Source: a virus. From it: a stretch of 64,000 nt of DNA. The notes under the pieces are model-generated. The model worked only from the letters and a program-made list of their open reading frames with translations, was not told where the DNA came from and searched no databases. The stretch lies in IMG/VR virus record IMGVR_UViG_3300042543_000303, positions 9,961-73,960 of that record. The stretch is one strand, 5' to 3'. The position numbers and the translations under genes were made by a program. Shown in pieces: positions 8,597 to 17,331 of the stretch (positions are counted from its first letter, which is position 1; each line of letters opens with the position of its first letter).

Positions 8597-9774
8597 ATCT
8601 TGAGTCCTTTGTCTTCTCGTACTGCACGGTGAACGATTTGATCGCAGTGCGCGATAAATGAATCGTAGCTTGGTATGTACTGCCGTAGCGCGTTCTGCTG
8701 CGTGATCGCGAGCTGCGCGAGCTCGGCGTCTGATAGACGCTCAATCTCGGCAATACTCAGCCGGTGGCAGTCACCAAGCGGCGCGCCTTCGTTCTTGTCC
8801 GCGAAGAGAACTGAACCTACACGCGCGGAGTACATGAATCGACTACGCCACCAGCCAGACCCGGCGTGCGGGTACGGCGGAGACAGAATACCCCAGTGCT
8901 CGTTGTAGAACGCGAGGACGTCCTGTTCAGTCTGAAGGCGCTGACCGCCGAGCTTGCGAACCAACTTGCGCGACCCGACAATTTCGACAGGCCACTCAAA
9001 GCGTTTCTTCTCAAGCCACGTGTCGTGCGGCATTAGCGCCCCAAGCACCCACGCGCGTTTCTTGCTCTCTGGCGGCAGCGCTGTGACGCTGTCAAGAATA
9101 GAATAGATCGTCGAGCTCGGGTCAAGCGCCTCGATCGCTGAAAGCTCTTTCGGCATGCGCTTGCGTACCAGTGAACGATCGCCCCACGCGTACATTGGGC
9201 ACACAGGCACCATGCCTGCCCCCCAGCGCGCCCCGAGCAAGTTTCGCGCAGATTCGACAAGCATTGCGTCGTAGTCGCGAACAGACTCGTCAGTCTCCGT
9301 CATATAGTAGCGCTCGATGTAGATCTTGGCGTTAGGGTTAATGGCTAGCGCGCGTTCCTTGGCAGCTACAGCGTCCGCGTGACTAAAGTACGTGGCGCCC
9401 TCCTCGCCGCGATCCTTGCCGACAAGAAGATATTTGTAGATCATCTCGGGCTTGCGTATCAACGCCTTTGCACCATTGAACACGGTGGAGAACTGCCAGT
9501 CATCAAAGAAACCCACGCAGGGTTTCCCGCTAGCAAGAGCGTAAAGCGCGCCCATAGCGCCTTGTCTTCCGTTAAGTGAGTTTAGGGGCGCGAGGTTCAT
9601 CCAGATGACATCGAAAGACGATAGGTCTTCGCCGGGTGTCACCTTGCGCCACTCGACCTCATGCCCGGCGCTACGCAGCGCGTCAACGATTGACGCAGGT
9701 ACGTCAATCTTTGAGATTGTACGCTTGTCGGTGTTGATCTGCAGGGCAGTAAACCCTGACATCAAGATTTTCAT
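8593..9774 (-). CDS. putative GT-B DNA glycosyltransferase (beta-glucosyltransferase-like), paralogue 1
   Basis: MKILMSG...ALRSAGHEVEW, FFDDWQ, PPYPHAGSGWWRSRF; GT-B-like N-terminus. Confidence 0.65.
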   Translation of the reverse strand: MKILMSGFTALQINTDKRTISKIDVPASIVDALRSAGHEVEWRKVTPGEDLSSFDVIWMNLAPLNSLNGRQGAMGALYALASGKPCVGFFDDWQFSTVFNGAKALIRKPEMIYKYLLVGKDRGEEGATYFSHADAVAAKERALAINPNAKIYIERYYMTETDESVRDYDAMLVESARNLLGARWGAGMVPVCPMYAWGDRSLVRKRMPKELSAIEALDPSSTIYSILDSVTALPPESKKRAWVLGALMPHDTWLEKKRFEWPVEIVGSRKLVRKLGGQRLQTEQDVLAFYNEHWGILSPPYPHAGSGWWRSRFMYSARVGSVLFADKNEGAPLGDCHRLSIAEIERLSDAELAQLAITQQNALRQYIPSYDSFIAHCDQIVHRAVREDKGLKI

Positions 9775-9799
9775 TCCGTCTCCTCAGTAGCCCCTGCGA

Positions 9800-9834
9800 C
9801 GTGCCCGCCCGGTGTAGTGGGCCGGGCGGACACG
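9800..9834 (-). terminator. GC-rich hairpin downstream of the SSB gene
   Basis: Minus strand CGTGTCCGCCCGG-cccactaca-CCGGGCGGGCACG. Confidence 0.55.
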
Positions 9835-9852
9835 CCGTACGCTTCGATCGTA

Positions 9853-10425
9853 CTAGAACGGAGAAGCGGGAGGTGCGCTAGCGCTGACAGCTTCTGGTGC
9901 AGGTGCAGGTGCAGGTGCAGGTGCAGGTGCAGGTGCAGGTGCAGGTGCAGGTGCAGGTGCAGGTGCAGGTGCAGGCGCCGCGGCCGGAGCGGAAGCTGCG
10001 AGGGGTGCTCCAGCCGCCGCCTGAGTGGCGTAGTAGGTCTTGATCTCGTTGCGCTTCTGACCCTGCCACGTGCGACTGCCAACCTGCGCACGGAACGAGC
10101 GCCCAACAAGCGCCTGCTCGATCTGAGCATTCGACGGGTTGGTTGCGAAGTAGTCGCGACCGAGACCAAGAGCGTTCATCTTACGGAAGAAGATGCCAAG
10201 CGCATTTGCGTTGTCAGGTGAGACAACCAGGTTGTCCCAGACAAGACGCTTATTGTGCGCGCCACCCTGAACCTGAGTCTTCAGCGCGAACATTGTCTTG
10301 CCTGACTGCGACACTTTTGCGGTTGCCTCGACCACGGTGAGTTCATAGTCGCCGTCCGGCAGCGGCTCATAGCTGCCGACGTCTCCGGCCTCGTTGACGA
10401 GGTCTGACCAGTTGAGACTGCTCAA
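9853..10425 (-). CDS. DUF669-family single-stranded DNA-binding-like protein with Ala-Pro tail
   Basis: YEPLPDGDY, SQSGK.M, RTWQGQKRNEIK, C-terminal PF; lies next to the Sak4-like ATPase. Confidence 0.8.
   Translation of the reverse strand: MSSLNWSDLVNEAGDVGSYEPLPDGDYELTVVEATAKVSQSGKTMFALKTQVQGGAHNKRLVWDNLVVSPDNANALGIFFRKMNALGLGRDYFATNPSNAQIEQALVGRSFRAQVGSRTWQGQKRNEIKTYYATQAAAGAPLAASAPAAAPAPAPAPAPAPAPAPAPAPAPAPAPAPEAVSASAPPASPF
9896..9973. repeat. perfect (GGTGCA)13 microsatellite encoding (Ala-Pro)n
   Basis: Counted directly in the sequence. Confidence 0.95.
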
Positions 10426-10454
10426 TGTATTCTCCTTACTCTGCCTGACGACTG

Positions 10455-11231
10455 TCAGGACGCCTTCTTCTTGGACTCAGCCGGGGCTGCTTCTTGCTTT
10501 GGCCCGAAGACCATGTCGAGCATACGCTCGATTGATAGGTTTTCCTGCTCGACGACTCCGCCGAGCCTACCCTGTACGCGTTCGCCAGCTTCGTACTTCG
10601 GCGTACGCTCGACGTACATGCGACGCACTCGATACGGCCCTTGCGTTGGGTCAGGATTTGGAAATTCCTCGATAGTAATTGCGCCGAGGATATCGTAGAA
10701 ATACGGAGCCTGAATAGCCAGCTGCCCCTGTAGATACGGCTTGTACCGATCATCCTGCCCCGACCGTGCCATGGCGGTAAGAACCACGGCCTCGAGCGGA
10801 GCGGTAGGGTGCATCGTTAGGTCACGCAGATCACGCAAGAGCGCGCCCATGTGACGAAGTAACTCACCCCACTGCTGCTGACTCATCTGCTGCTTCCCCG
10901 CGATATTCTCCAGGCACTTAACCTGGAGCTCAGACACGGAGTCAATGATGAGCGACTTAAACTGATGCTTACCGAGCTGAAGCCACTGGAACGTTTTCAG
11001 CACGGTGTCGTAGTCACGGATTTGCACGACGCAGGTATCCCACGTCCCATCCGCGACAGGCGGCTCCTCACGGAGCGGGTCCCAGTACTTGACAACGATG
11101 GGAAGGAAGCGGTGACCGCCTTCGACATCGAGCATGAGCCGGGGGTAGGGTGCGGTCACGGCGAAGGTTGACTTACCAACCTTTGACTCACCGTAGACCA
11201 TAATGGTTAGAGAGCGCTGTACTTCCGACAT
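10455..11231 (-). CDS. AAA_24 / Sak4-like ATPase (recombinase)
   Basis: YGESKVGKST, LDVEGG, IIDSVSE. Confidence 0.85.
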   Translation of the reverse strand: MSEVQRSLTIMVYGESKVGKSTFAVTAPYPRLMLDVEGGHRFLPIVVKYWDPLREEPPVADGTWDTCVVQIRDYDTVLKTFQWLQLGKHQFKSLIIDSVSELQVKCLENIAGKQQMSQQQWGELLRHMGALLRDLRDLTMHPTAPLEAVVLTAMARSGQDDRYKPYLQGQLAIQAPYFYDILGAITIEEFPNPDPTQGPYRVRRMYVERTPKYEAGERVQGRLGGVVEQENLSIERMLDMVFGPKQEAAPAESKKKAS

Positions 11232-11234
11232 GCG

Positions 11235-12161
11235 TCACTCAGTTCCTTTCTTTTCGGATTCGTAGTAGCCATACGGGTCGGCCACTTCGAACATCTCAGA
11301 GATTGCCTGCTCCGCCGCGCTGCCGTCATCAATCATGTGGCACACGGTGTAGAACTGGCACTTCCAGCTGCAGTCGCGGCTGGGGCGCGGATACGCAACA
11401 AACGCCGGGTCCTCGCCTTCGTCGAGCGCCTTGCGTGTTCGCATTAGATCGGCGATGGTTCCGTGGATGCGCTTCCAGAACGAGCGCAGTGTGAACACGT
11501 TATGACGAACCTCTACCTGCTCGTAAAAAGGCGGCTTCGCGTTCGCTGAACGCTTGACCTTTTTGAGAAGAGTGAAGATACCGCCGTCGCAGCGCTCGTC
11601 GCCTTCGTTTGTTGTCGCCTCGAGAAGCATGTACGTAAGAATCTGCTCGTTCATATGCGACATCTTGTTAAAGTCAGTAAACGAACCGCCGACCGTCTTG
11701 AAGTCGCGAAAGAAGCGCACGCCGTCAGCCTTGCGCCGAACGCGCATATCAAGTTTGCCCTGCAGCTCGACTTCGCCGTTGAACAGCGGGGCGATGATGA
11801 TTTCCTCCGTCGAGATCATCTCGAGCTCGAGGTCGATGCCTTCCTCGTCAACCCACTGCAGATAGCCCTCGAGCATGATGCGCCCAAGCTCTGCCTCATT
11901 GTCTAGGTCTGACGTGTCGCGCCATTGCTCTGCAAGAATCTCGCGGTCCTGCTCGACAAGTTGCGTGTGCGCTTCGAGAAGAGGAATGCCCTTTGAGTAG
12001 TAGCGATCAAGCGCCTCATGAATACGCGACCCGAGCGCGAGCGCTCCAGTAAAGTCTTTAGACTTAGGCTGCAGACGACGGTAATACGTGAGCCACCATT
12101 TGCGCCGGCAGTCCTTGAACGTCTGTATTTCGGAGTTTGATAGTCTTACGACACCAGTCAC
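11235..12161 (-). CDS. Cas4/RecB-like PD-(D/E)xK exonuclease
   Basis: S.S.I.TFKDC.RKW, G..IH.AL, GKLD...DFKT, C..KCQF..VC. Confidence 0.9.
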   Translation of the reverse strand: MTGVVRLSNSEIQTFKDCRRKWWLTYYRRLQPKSKDFTGALALGSRIHEALDRYYSKGIPLLEAHTQLVEQDREILAEQWRDTSDLDNEAELGRIMLEGYLQWVDEEGIDLELEMISTEEIIIAPLFNGEVELQGKLDMRVRRKADGVRFFRDFKTVGGSFTDFNKMSHMNEQILTYMLLEATTNEGDERCDGGIFTLLKKVKRSANAKPPFYEQVEVRHNVFTLRSFWKRIHGTIADLMRTRKALDEGEDPAFVAYPRPSRDCSWKCQFYTVCHMIDDGSAAEQAISEMFEVADPYGYYESEKKGTE

Positions 12162-13963
12162 AGTTTGTTGTCCTTATCGTCACGAAGCATGGAGAGCAGC
12201 TGCGCCTTGTCGCGGACAATCTGCTCAAAGTTATCTGCCTTGGTTTCAAGCGCCTGAATAACACGTTCTTCGATTGTGCCTTCAGTGACGTAATCGGTAA
12301 TGATCACCGAGTCGTGAATCTCTGAGCCAATGCGGTGCACGCGGTCGAGTGCCTGCTTATGATCGACAAGCGACCATGGTCGCTGCAGCATGACAAGTCG
12401 TCGCGCCGCAGTTAGCGTTACGCCGACGCCGCCTGCCTGCGCAGTGAAAAGAATCCACTTGATTCTGCCGGACTGAAAATCGTCGATAGCCTCTTGACGT
12501 TCGTCTTCGGTCTGCGCGCCGGTGATCAGCCCATGGGGAATCTTAGCTTTTGTCATCGCGTTGCTCAGCAACTCAATCAACTGGCGGGACACGGCGCATA
12601 CGGCGACGCTGTCACTGCCAAAGTCGCCGGATGATATGTCGTTCATGAGCGCATCGACCTTACACGACGGCTCGGCAAGAATAACGCGCGATTCACCGCT
12701 CGTCTCGTCGATGACCATCTCGGCATAGGACGACGCAAACTGCAGCAGACGTGTTGTTTGCGTGAGCGGGCTCGGCGCGGTAAGTGCGTCCCCGCCTTCC
12801 AGCTCCGCGATCATCATGTCGCGCATCTGGCCGTACGCCTTCTTCTGCTTGGTTGACATTTCAACGTCGCGACGCTCAAAGAGTACCTCTGGCAGCCACG
12901 GCAACACGCGCGCCTTAAGCATACGGCGCATGCGCGGGTTGATCGCCGCGTAGAACTCTTCCTGCATATGCGGCTTGACACCGAGCACCATCATGCCGCC
13001 GAATGCGTTGAGCATCGTGTCTACAGTGCGATCGACCCAGCGTGTCTTGCTCGGCCATTCTTCTGGCGATAGCCAGTGCAGAATGGACCAGAGATCGAGC
13101 ACGTCATTGGCGATTGGCGTTCCCGTGAGAGCGAATCGGAATGGCGCGTCCGCGGTGGCAGCCCAGAGCGCGCGTGTTTGCTTGCTCTTAGGCTCCTTCG
13201 AGCGGTGGATCTCGTCGGCGATGACGCTCTTGAAGTCGATTTCGTTGAGCTCGCGCCGGTGCACCTCGCAACGGTTTTCGCTGATACGCTCATCGTGGCC
13301 GCCGCAGTCCTTGCACCGAGCCAGAGCCACAGAACCGTAGGGTGCGAGGCGCGAGTGTGATCGTAGCGACTCCCAGTTGATGACGTACACGTCCGCGTCG
13401 CTGGCTAGTTGCTTGCGGCGTTGTCCGGCGCTGCCTTTGATGACCTCGACATTGACGCCTGGCCACCAGAGCGCGAACTCGCGCTTCCAATTCTTTTTGA
13501 GCGTGTTTGGGCACACGATGAGCGCCGGAAACACACCCTCGCCGGCGTCCTGCAGGCGCTTGAGTGCTCGAATTGCCTGGGCGGTCTTTCCGAGGCCAGG
13601 CTCATCAGCAAGAAGGGCTCGACGGGCCGTGGCAAGAAACTCGACGCCCGCTCTCTGGTGGGGAAATAGGTCCTCGTTGACGCCATTCTCGAGGGTCTCA
13701 AGGTCACGAAGGGCGTTGGCCGGGTCGATACGCGCGACTCGCTCATTGGCCGCCCATTCGCCCAGTCTTGGCCCAATCTCAAGGTCGTCTCGAAACGTCG
13801 AGCGTAGCGCCAGGCAGGTTGCCCACCCGAGGGGCGCTCGCCATACCTGATCCTTCGCTGACCAGGTGGCTCCAGGGATGCTTTTGCAAAGCTCCTTGTA
13901 CCGCCACTCGGCGTCGATCAGAATCGACTTGCCTTCGGCGTCGAGCTCTGTCGTTACGGTCAC
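12158..13963 (-). CDS. SNF2-family DNA helicase
   Basis: LLADEPGLGKT, IADEIH, LTGTP, QA.DRVHRIG; likely GTG start at 13963 after a GGAAGGAG RBS. Confidence 0.92.
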   Translation of the reverse strand: MTVTTELDAEGKSILIDAEWRYKELCKSIPGATWSAKDQVWRAPLGWATCLALRSTFRDDLEIGPRLGEWAANERVARIDPANALRDLETLENGVNEDLFPHQRAGVEFLATARRALLADEPGLGKTAQAIRALKRLQDAGEGVFPALIVCPNTLKKNWKREFALWWPGVNVEVIKGSAGQRRKQLASDADVYVINWESLRSHSRLAPYGSVALARCKDCGGHDERISENRCEVHRRELNEIDFKSVIADEIHRSKEPKSKQTRALWAATADAPFRFALTGTPIANDVLDLWSILHWLSPEEWPSKTRWVDRTVDTMLNAFGGMMVLGVKPHMQEEFYAAINPRMRRMLKARVLPWLPEVLFERRDVEMSTKQKKAYGQMRDMMIAELEGGDALTAPSPLTQTTRLLQFASSYAEMVIDETSGESRVILAEPSCKVDALMNDISSGDFGSDSVAVCAVSRQLIELLSNAMTKAKIPHGLITGAQTEDERQEAIDDFQSGRIKWILFTAQAGGVGVTLTAARRLVMLQRPWSLVDHKQALDRVHRIGSEIHDSVIITDYVTEGTIEERVIQALETKADNFEQIVRDKAQLLSMLRDDKDNKL

Positions 13964-14046
13964 TAAGTCTCTCCTTCCGGGTGCAAACAACATACTAACA
14001 GGAAATCTGCAAAAAGTAATAGTTTTCTCGTAGTATGTACAAGATT

Positions 14047-14514
14047 TTATTGAAGTAGCACGGTTGGCTTCCAACCAAGCTTTACTAGCCGTAGAAGCCC
14101 ATGACGAATCGCGTCATTCGCGTGCCCACCACCGCCGACGTGCCAAGTGCCGATTTTACGCAGCGCGTCGTTCGGGAACATCTTTTTTGCGTCCGACGGA
14201 GACTGAAAAATCAACTCAGCTTCGGCATCGCGGGCGTAGTCTCGCATGATCTGCTTAAGCACGCCGATCTGTTCGAGGCTGTATGGCGCCTGACTGTTGC
14301 GCACTGTCTGCGCGTTGATCACAAAGCGTTCGCATACAACGCCAAGCTCAAGACCATGATGCAGCGCCCACTCTAGCGTGTCGCGAATCGGCTTTGCAAA
14401 CTCATCAGGTTGGTACTCACCGGATGACAGTAATTCAGGAGACTCTGACAGGCTAATCACACTGACGCCAGTAGTCTTTCCAGGGTCTACTGCAAGAACA
14501 TACTTCACGTCCAT
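14047..14514 (-). CDS. RuvC-like Holliday junction resolvase
   Basis: LAVDPGKTTG, VVCERF, H.NDAIRH. Confidence 0.8.
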   Translation of the reverse strand: MDVKYVLAVDPGKTTGVSVISLSESPELLSSGEYQPDEFAKPIRDTLEWALHHGLELGVVCERFVINAQTVRNSQAPYSLEQIGVLKQIMRDYARDAEAELIFQSPSDAKKMFPNDALRKIGTWHVGGGGHANDAIRHGLLRLVKLGWKPTVLLQ

Positions 14515-14828
14515 ACGATATTCGCCACTCCTACTCTGGCCAGCCGGCGCTCACAGCGCTTGCACGGTTTTGACATGGCAGGACTACCATCACGCCCAAC
14601 GCGTGCCACGTAGACTGTTGCACCCTTCGCACGAGGTCCCGCCGCGGCAATTGCCGCTTCCTCGGCATGTACGTGCGCGATGCGCCACGTGTTTGAGTCT
14701 GCTTCACGGATTCTTTTATTCGTTGCCTCTGCGACTACTACGCCGTTCGCAACAACAACGCAGCCGTGCCGGTATCTGCACTTACTCGTCGCGGCAATGT
14801 TGATCGCCTGCTCAAGAAACCGGTTCAC
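14505..14828 (-). CDS. small Zn-dependent cytidine/deoxycytidylate deaminase-fold protein
   Basis: HAEEAA...SKPCKRC. Confidence 0.85.
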   Translation of the reverse strand: MNRFLEQAINIAATSKCRYRHGCVVVANGVVVAEATNKRIREADSNTWRIAHVHAEEAAIAAAGPRAKGATVYVARVGRDGSPAMSKPCKRCERRLARVGVANIVWT

Positions 14829-16663
14829 CGGTACTTATCTCCCCATGTCTCAAGCGGACCGTCAATGCCGGCGGTAAGCGGGACGTCCCAGCCGTCTGAA
14901 GTTGTCATACACTCTTGCACAACCTTCATGATCTCGTGCGCCTCACGGCGCGGCGCCTGCAGCACAATCTCGTCGTGCACCGGCACAATGAGATGCTCGG
15001 TGAGATCTGCCTGATCGAGCTTGACGAGGTTCTGCTTAAACACCTCGGCGGCGCCACCCTGAATTAGATAGTTGACAAGTGTGTACACGCGATTCTCATC
15101 GCAGGGGATTCGGCGGCCTGTCCACGTGTAGACGTAGCCCTGCCCTTCCGAGCGTAATCTCCGCATTCCAGTGTCTTCAATCTTGCGCTGGAAGTCGGCC
15201 ATGCCCGGGTAGCGAATGTCAAATGCGTCTGATACTGAACGCATCTGCGTCTCAGGCACGCCGGCAGTTAGCGCTTGCTTCGCGACGCCCGCTCCGTATA
15301 GGCGACCATAGACGGTGCCCTTGATCAGATTACGGCGCTTGTCGCTCTTTTGCATGTCTGGGTCTTGGTAGATTTCGCGACCAATCTCCGTGAACGGGTC
15401 CGAACCCGTCGCGTCCGCGCGGTTAAACAGCGTGATCAGATTGGGGTCGCCAGACAGCGACGCAAACATGCGAAACTCAACCTGGTCGAGGTCGGACGTG
15501 ATAATCACGTGATCCTCGTCCTTTGGAATGAAGGCGGTACGCACCGTGTCATCGCCCTTCGGCAGCGTCTGCAGCGCAGGGTCGGTAATCGACATCCGCG
15601 ACGTGCGCGCCCCGAGAGTCTTCACCGACGGATGAACGATTCCGTCGATAGACTTGGTCAGGAAGTTCTGAAAGTACGTGCCAGCAAGCTTGTCCGCCTT
15701 GCGCTGCTTAAGCACAATCTCGGCGAGCTGCTTGACCTCGTCATTGCCGTAGATCGTCAACATTTTGAGCTGATCCTTGGTGCACGACTTCTGCCCGGTT
15801 GGCGTCATCTCTGTGATCTCCGCGCCGAGGCTCTCAAACAAGCGCACGAGTTGAATGTTACTTGTGATCGACGTCCCGCCGTACGTTTGCTTGGCCCATG
15901 TCTTAACCGACTCGGTGTACGCGGTCAACTCGTCATACTTGCGCTGCGAATAGTCCAAGTCAATTCGTGCGCCGTTAAGTTCCATGCGCGTGACGATGCG
16001 CCGTGCCGCCATTTCGAGTTCGTACGGGCGATTGTAAGGACCGCCTGGGCCACACTTCTCCCAGAACATGTGCCACAGGCGCATTGTCAACACGGTATCC
16101 AGCGCGCCGTACGCCCAGTATGGCTGGAAGTTGATCGGTACCGTTCCCCACGTCCAGCCGTTCTTGGCCAGCTCTGTGTCCAGCGTGTCTTGCAGCGCGA
16201 CGGCGCGCCCGTCAACGTGCAACGCTGCAAGTCGCTTGAGCGCGCCAGAGCCTAGCGGGTCGATGATATGAGCCATGATCATCGTGTCGTGCGCGCGATG
16301 CCATGGAATTTCCCAGCGCGAACGAATGTCAAACCAACGCGCCTCGAACGCGATGTTGTGGCAGACGATAGGACCGTCGAAGCGGCTCATGGCTTCGTAG
16401 AAGACACCAGACCATTCTTCCCAGGGAATCGACCACCCTTGCTCGCCGTCGCCAACCTGCACAAGTCGCAGACGCCCGTGCCATGGCGATAGCGCATGAT
16501 CACGTGGGTTGCCTGGGAGCTCGCCGGTCTCAGTGTCTACAGCGATCGCGTTCAGTGGGCGTCGTTCACTTAGCCAGCGCAGAAACTCACCTGCTTTGTC
16601 GACAGAGTCGACAAGGTGAAGTTGAACGTCGCCCAGATTACCAGTATCAGACAAGAACGTCAC
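14825..16663 (-). CDS. polA: DNA polymerase family A (3'-5' exonuclease plus polymerase)
   Basis: AVDTETG, HNIAFE, DLDQVEFR, K...YG..YG, PVHDEIV. Confidence 0.95.
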   Translation of the reverse strand: MTFLSDTGNLGDVQLHLVDSVDKAGEFLRWLSERRPLNAIAVDTETGELPGNPRDHALSPWHGRLRLVQVGDGEQGWSIPWEEWSGVFYEAMSRFDGPIVCHNIAFEARWFDIRSRWEIPWHRAHDTMIMAHIIDPLGSGALKRLAALHVDGRAVALQDTLDTELAKNGWTWGTVPINFQPYWAYGALDTVLTMRLWHMFWEKCGPGGPYNRPYELEMAARRIVTRMELNGARIDLDYSQRKYDELTAYTESVKTWAKQTYGGTSITSNIQLVRLFESLGAEITEMTPTGQKSCTKDQLKMLTIYGNDEVKQLAEIVLKQRKADKLAGTYFQNFLTKSIDGIVHPSVKTLGARTSRMSITDPALQTLPKGDDTVRTAFIPKDEDHVIITSDLDQVEFRMFASLSGDPNLITLFNRADATGSDPFTEIGREIYQDPDMQKSDKRRNLIKGTVYGRLYGAGVAKQALTAGVPETQMRSVSDAFDIRYPGMADFQRKIEDTGMRRLRSEGQGYVYTWTGRRIPCDENRVYTLVNYLIQGGAAEVFKQNLVKLDQADLTEHLIVPVHDEIVLQAPRREAHEIMKVVQECMTTSDGWDVPLTAGIDGPLETWGDKYR

Positions 16664-17141
16664 TTTCGTCTAGTGTCGAATGAAAAACGTCAACCTTCAA
16701 TCCGCAAGCGCGCAGATACTTGATGACGAGCTCGGGCTTACGATGCGCGTCTGCCTCGCGCAGGCGCATAACAACTCGAACAAGCCCCGAGTTGGACACT
16801 GCCTTTGCGCACGACATACACATGCTTTCGGTTACGTAAATCGTCCCGCCCTCTACCTGAGTGCGATCTACGTAGAGTAGCGCGTTGAGTTCACTGTGAA
16901 TGCTGGGGCACTGATCGTATGTGTTATCTAGCGGAGTTATCCCTTGAGCTCTTGGGCAGAACTCGATGCAGTCACCTTCACTTGGGTAGGTTGCCGCTGG
17001 GCCGTTGTAACCGGTCGAGCAGATACGATTATTGGCGGACACAACAACAGCGCCGATACCAGCGCGTGTGCAGCGACTCCGCAGCGCGATCGTGTCAGCC
17101 ACAGACATCCACGCCTCGTCCCACGTCAGCCTGCCATGCAT
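16647..17141 (-). CDS. dCMP deaminase (variant motifs)
   Basis: A..IA.RS.C.R..GAVVV...TGYNG, HSELNAL, SMCMSCAK; likely start MHGRLTW. Confidence 0.88.
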   Translation of the reverse strand: MHGRLTWDEAWMSVADTIALRSRCTRAGIGAVVVSANNRICSTGYNGPAATYPSEGDCIEFCPRAQGITPLDNTYDQCPSIHSELNALLYVDRTQVEGGTIYVTESMCMSCAKAVSNSGLVRVVMRLREADAHRKPELVIKYLRACGLKVDVFHSTLDESDVLV

Positions 17142-17142
17142 A

Positions 17143-17331
17143 CTAGTCGTCCTCCCGAGCGTCCTCAATCGCCGATCCGGCGCCAAGAACGATGCTACGG
17201 GCGATCAGATCAAGCGCCTCGCGACGCGTAAAGCCGGCGCGCTTAAGTTCCTGGTAGAGTTCGTGCATTTGAATGGCACCGGCAGCGAGCGGGCTCATGT
17301 CATTTGTTGGTTCACTATTCTCATTCGCCAT
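17143..17331 (-). CDS. small hypothetical protein
   Basis: HELYQEL.RAGFTR.EAL pattern, common in actinophages. Confidence 0.65.
   Translation of the reverse strand: MANENSEPTNDMSPLAAGAIQMHELYQELKRAGFTRREALDLIARSIVLGAGSAIEDAREDD

Noticed and set aside
9771-10221. ORFs with (RC)n, (HL)n or (CT)n repeats
   Set aside because: They are alternative-frame readings of the GGTGCA microsatellite; the real frame is the SSB Ala-Pro tail.
11235-12161. Cas4-like nuclease as a sign of a CRISPR system
   Set aside because: No repeat-spacer array or other cas genes are present; it belongs to the usual exonuclease-Sak4-SSB recombination module.
15350-16255. Long plus-strand ORFs (also 41239..42114, 41969..42763, 46554..47627, 58599..59357)
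   Set aside because: They are antisense shadows of well-supported minus-strand genes in GC-rich DNA, with no recognisable motifs.
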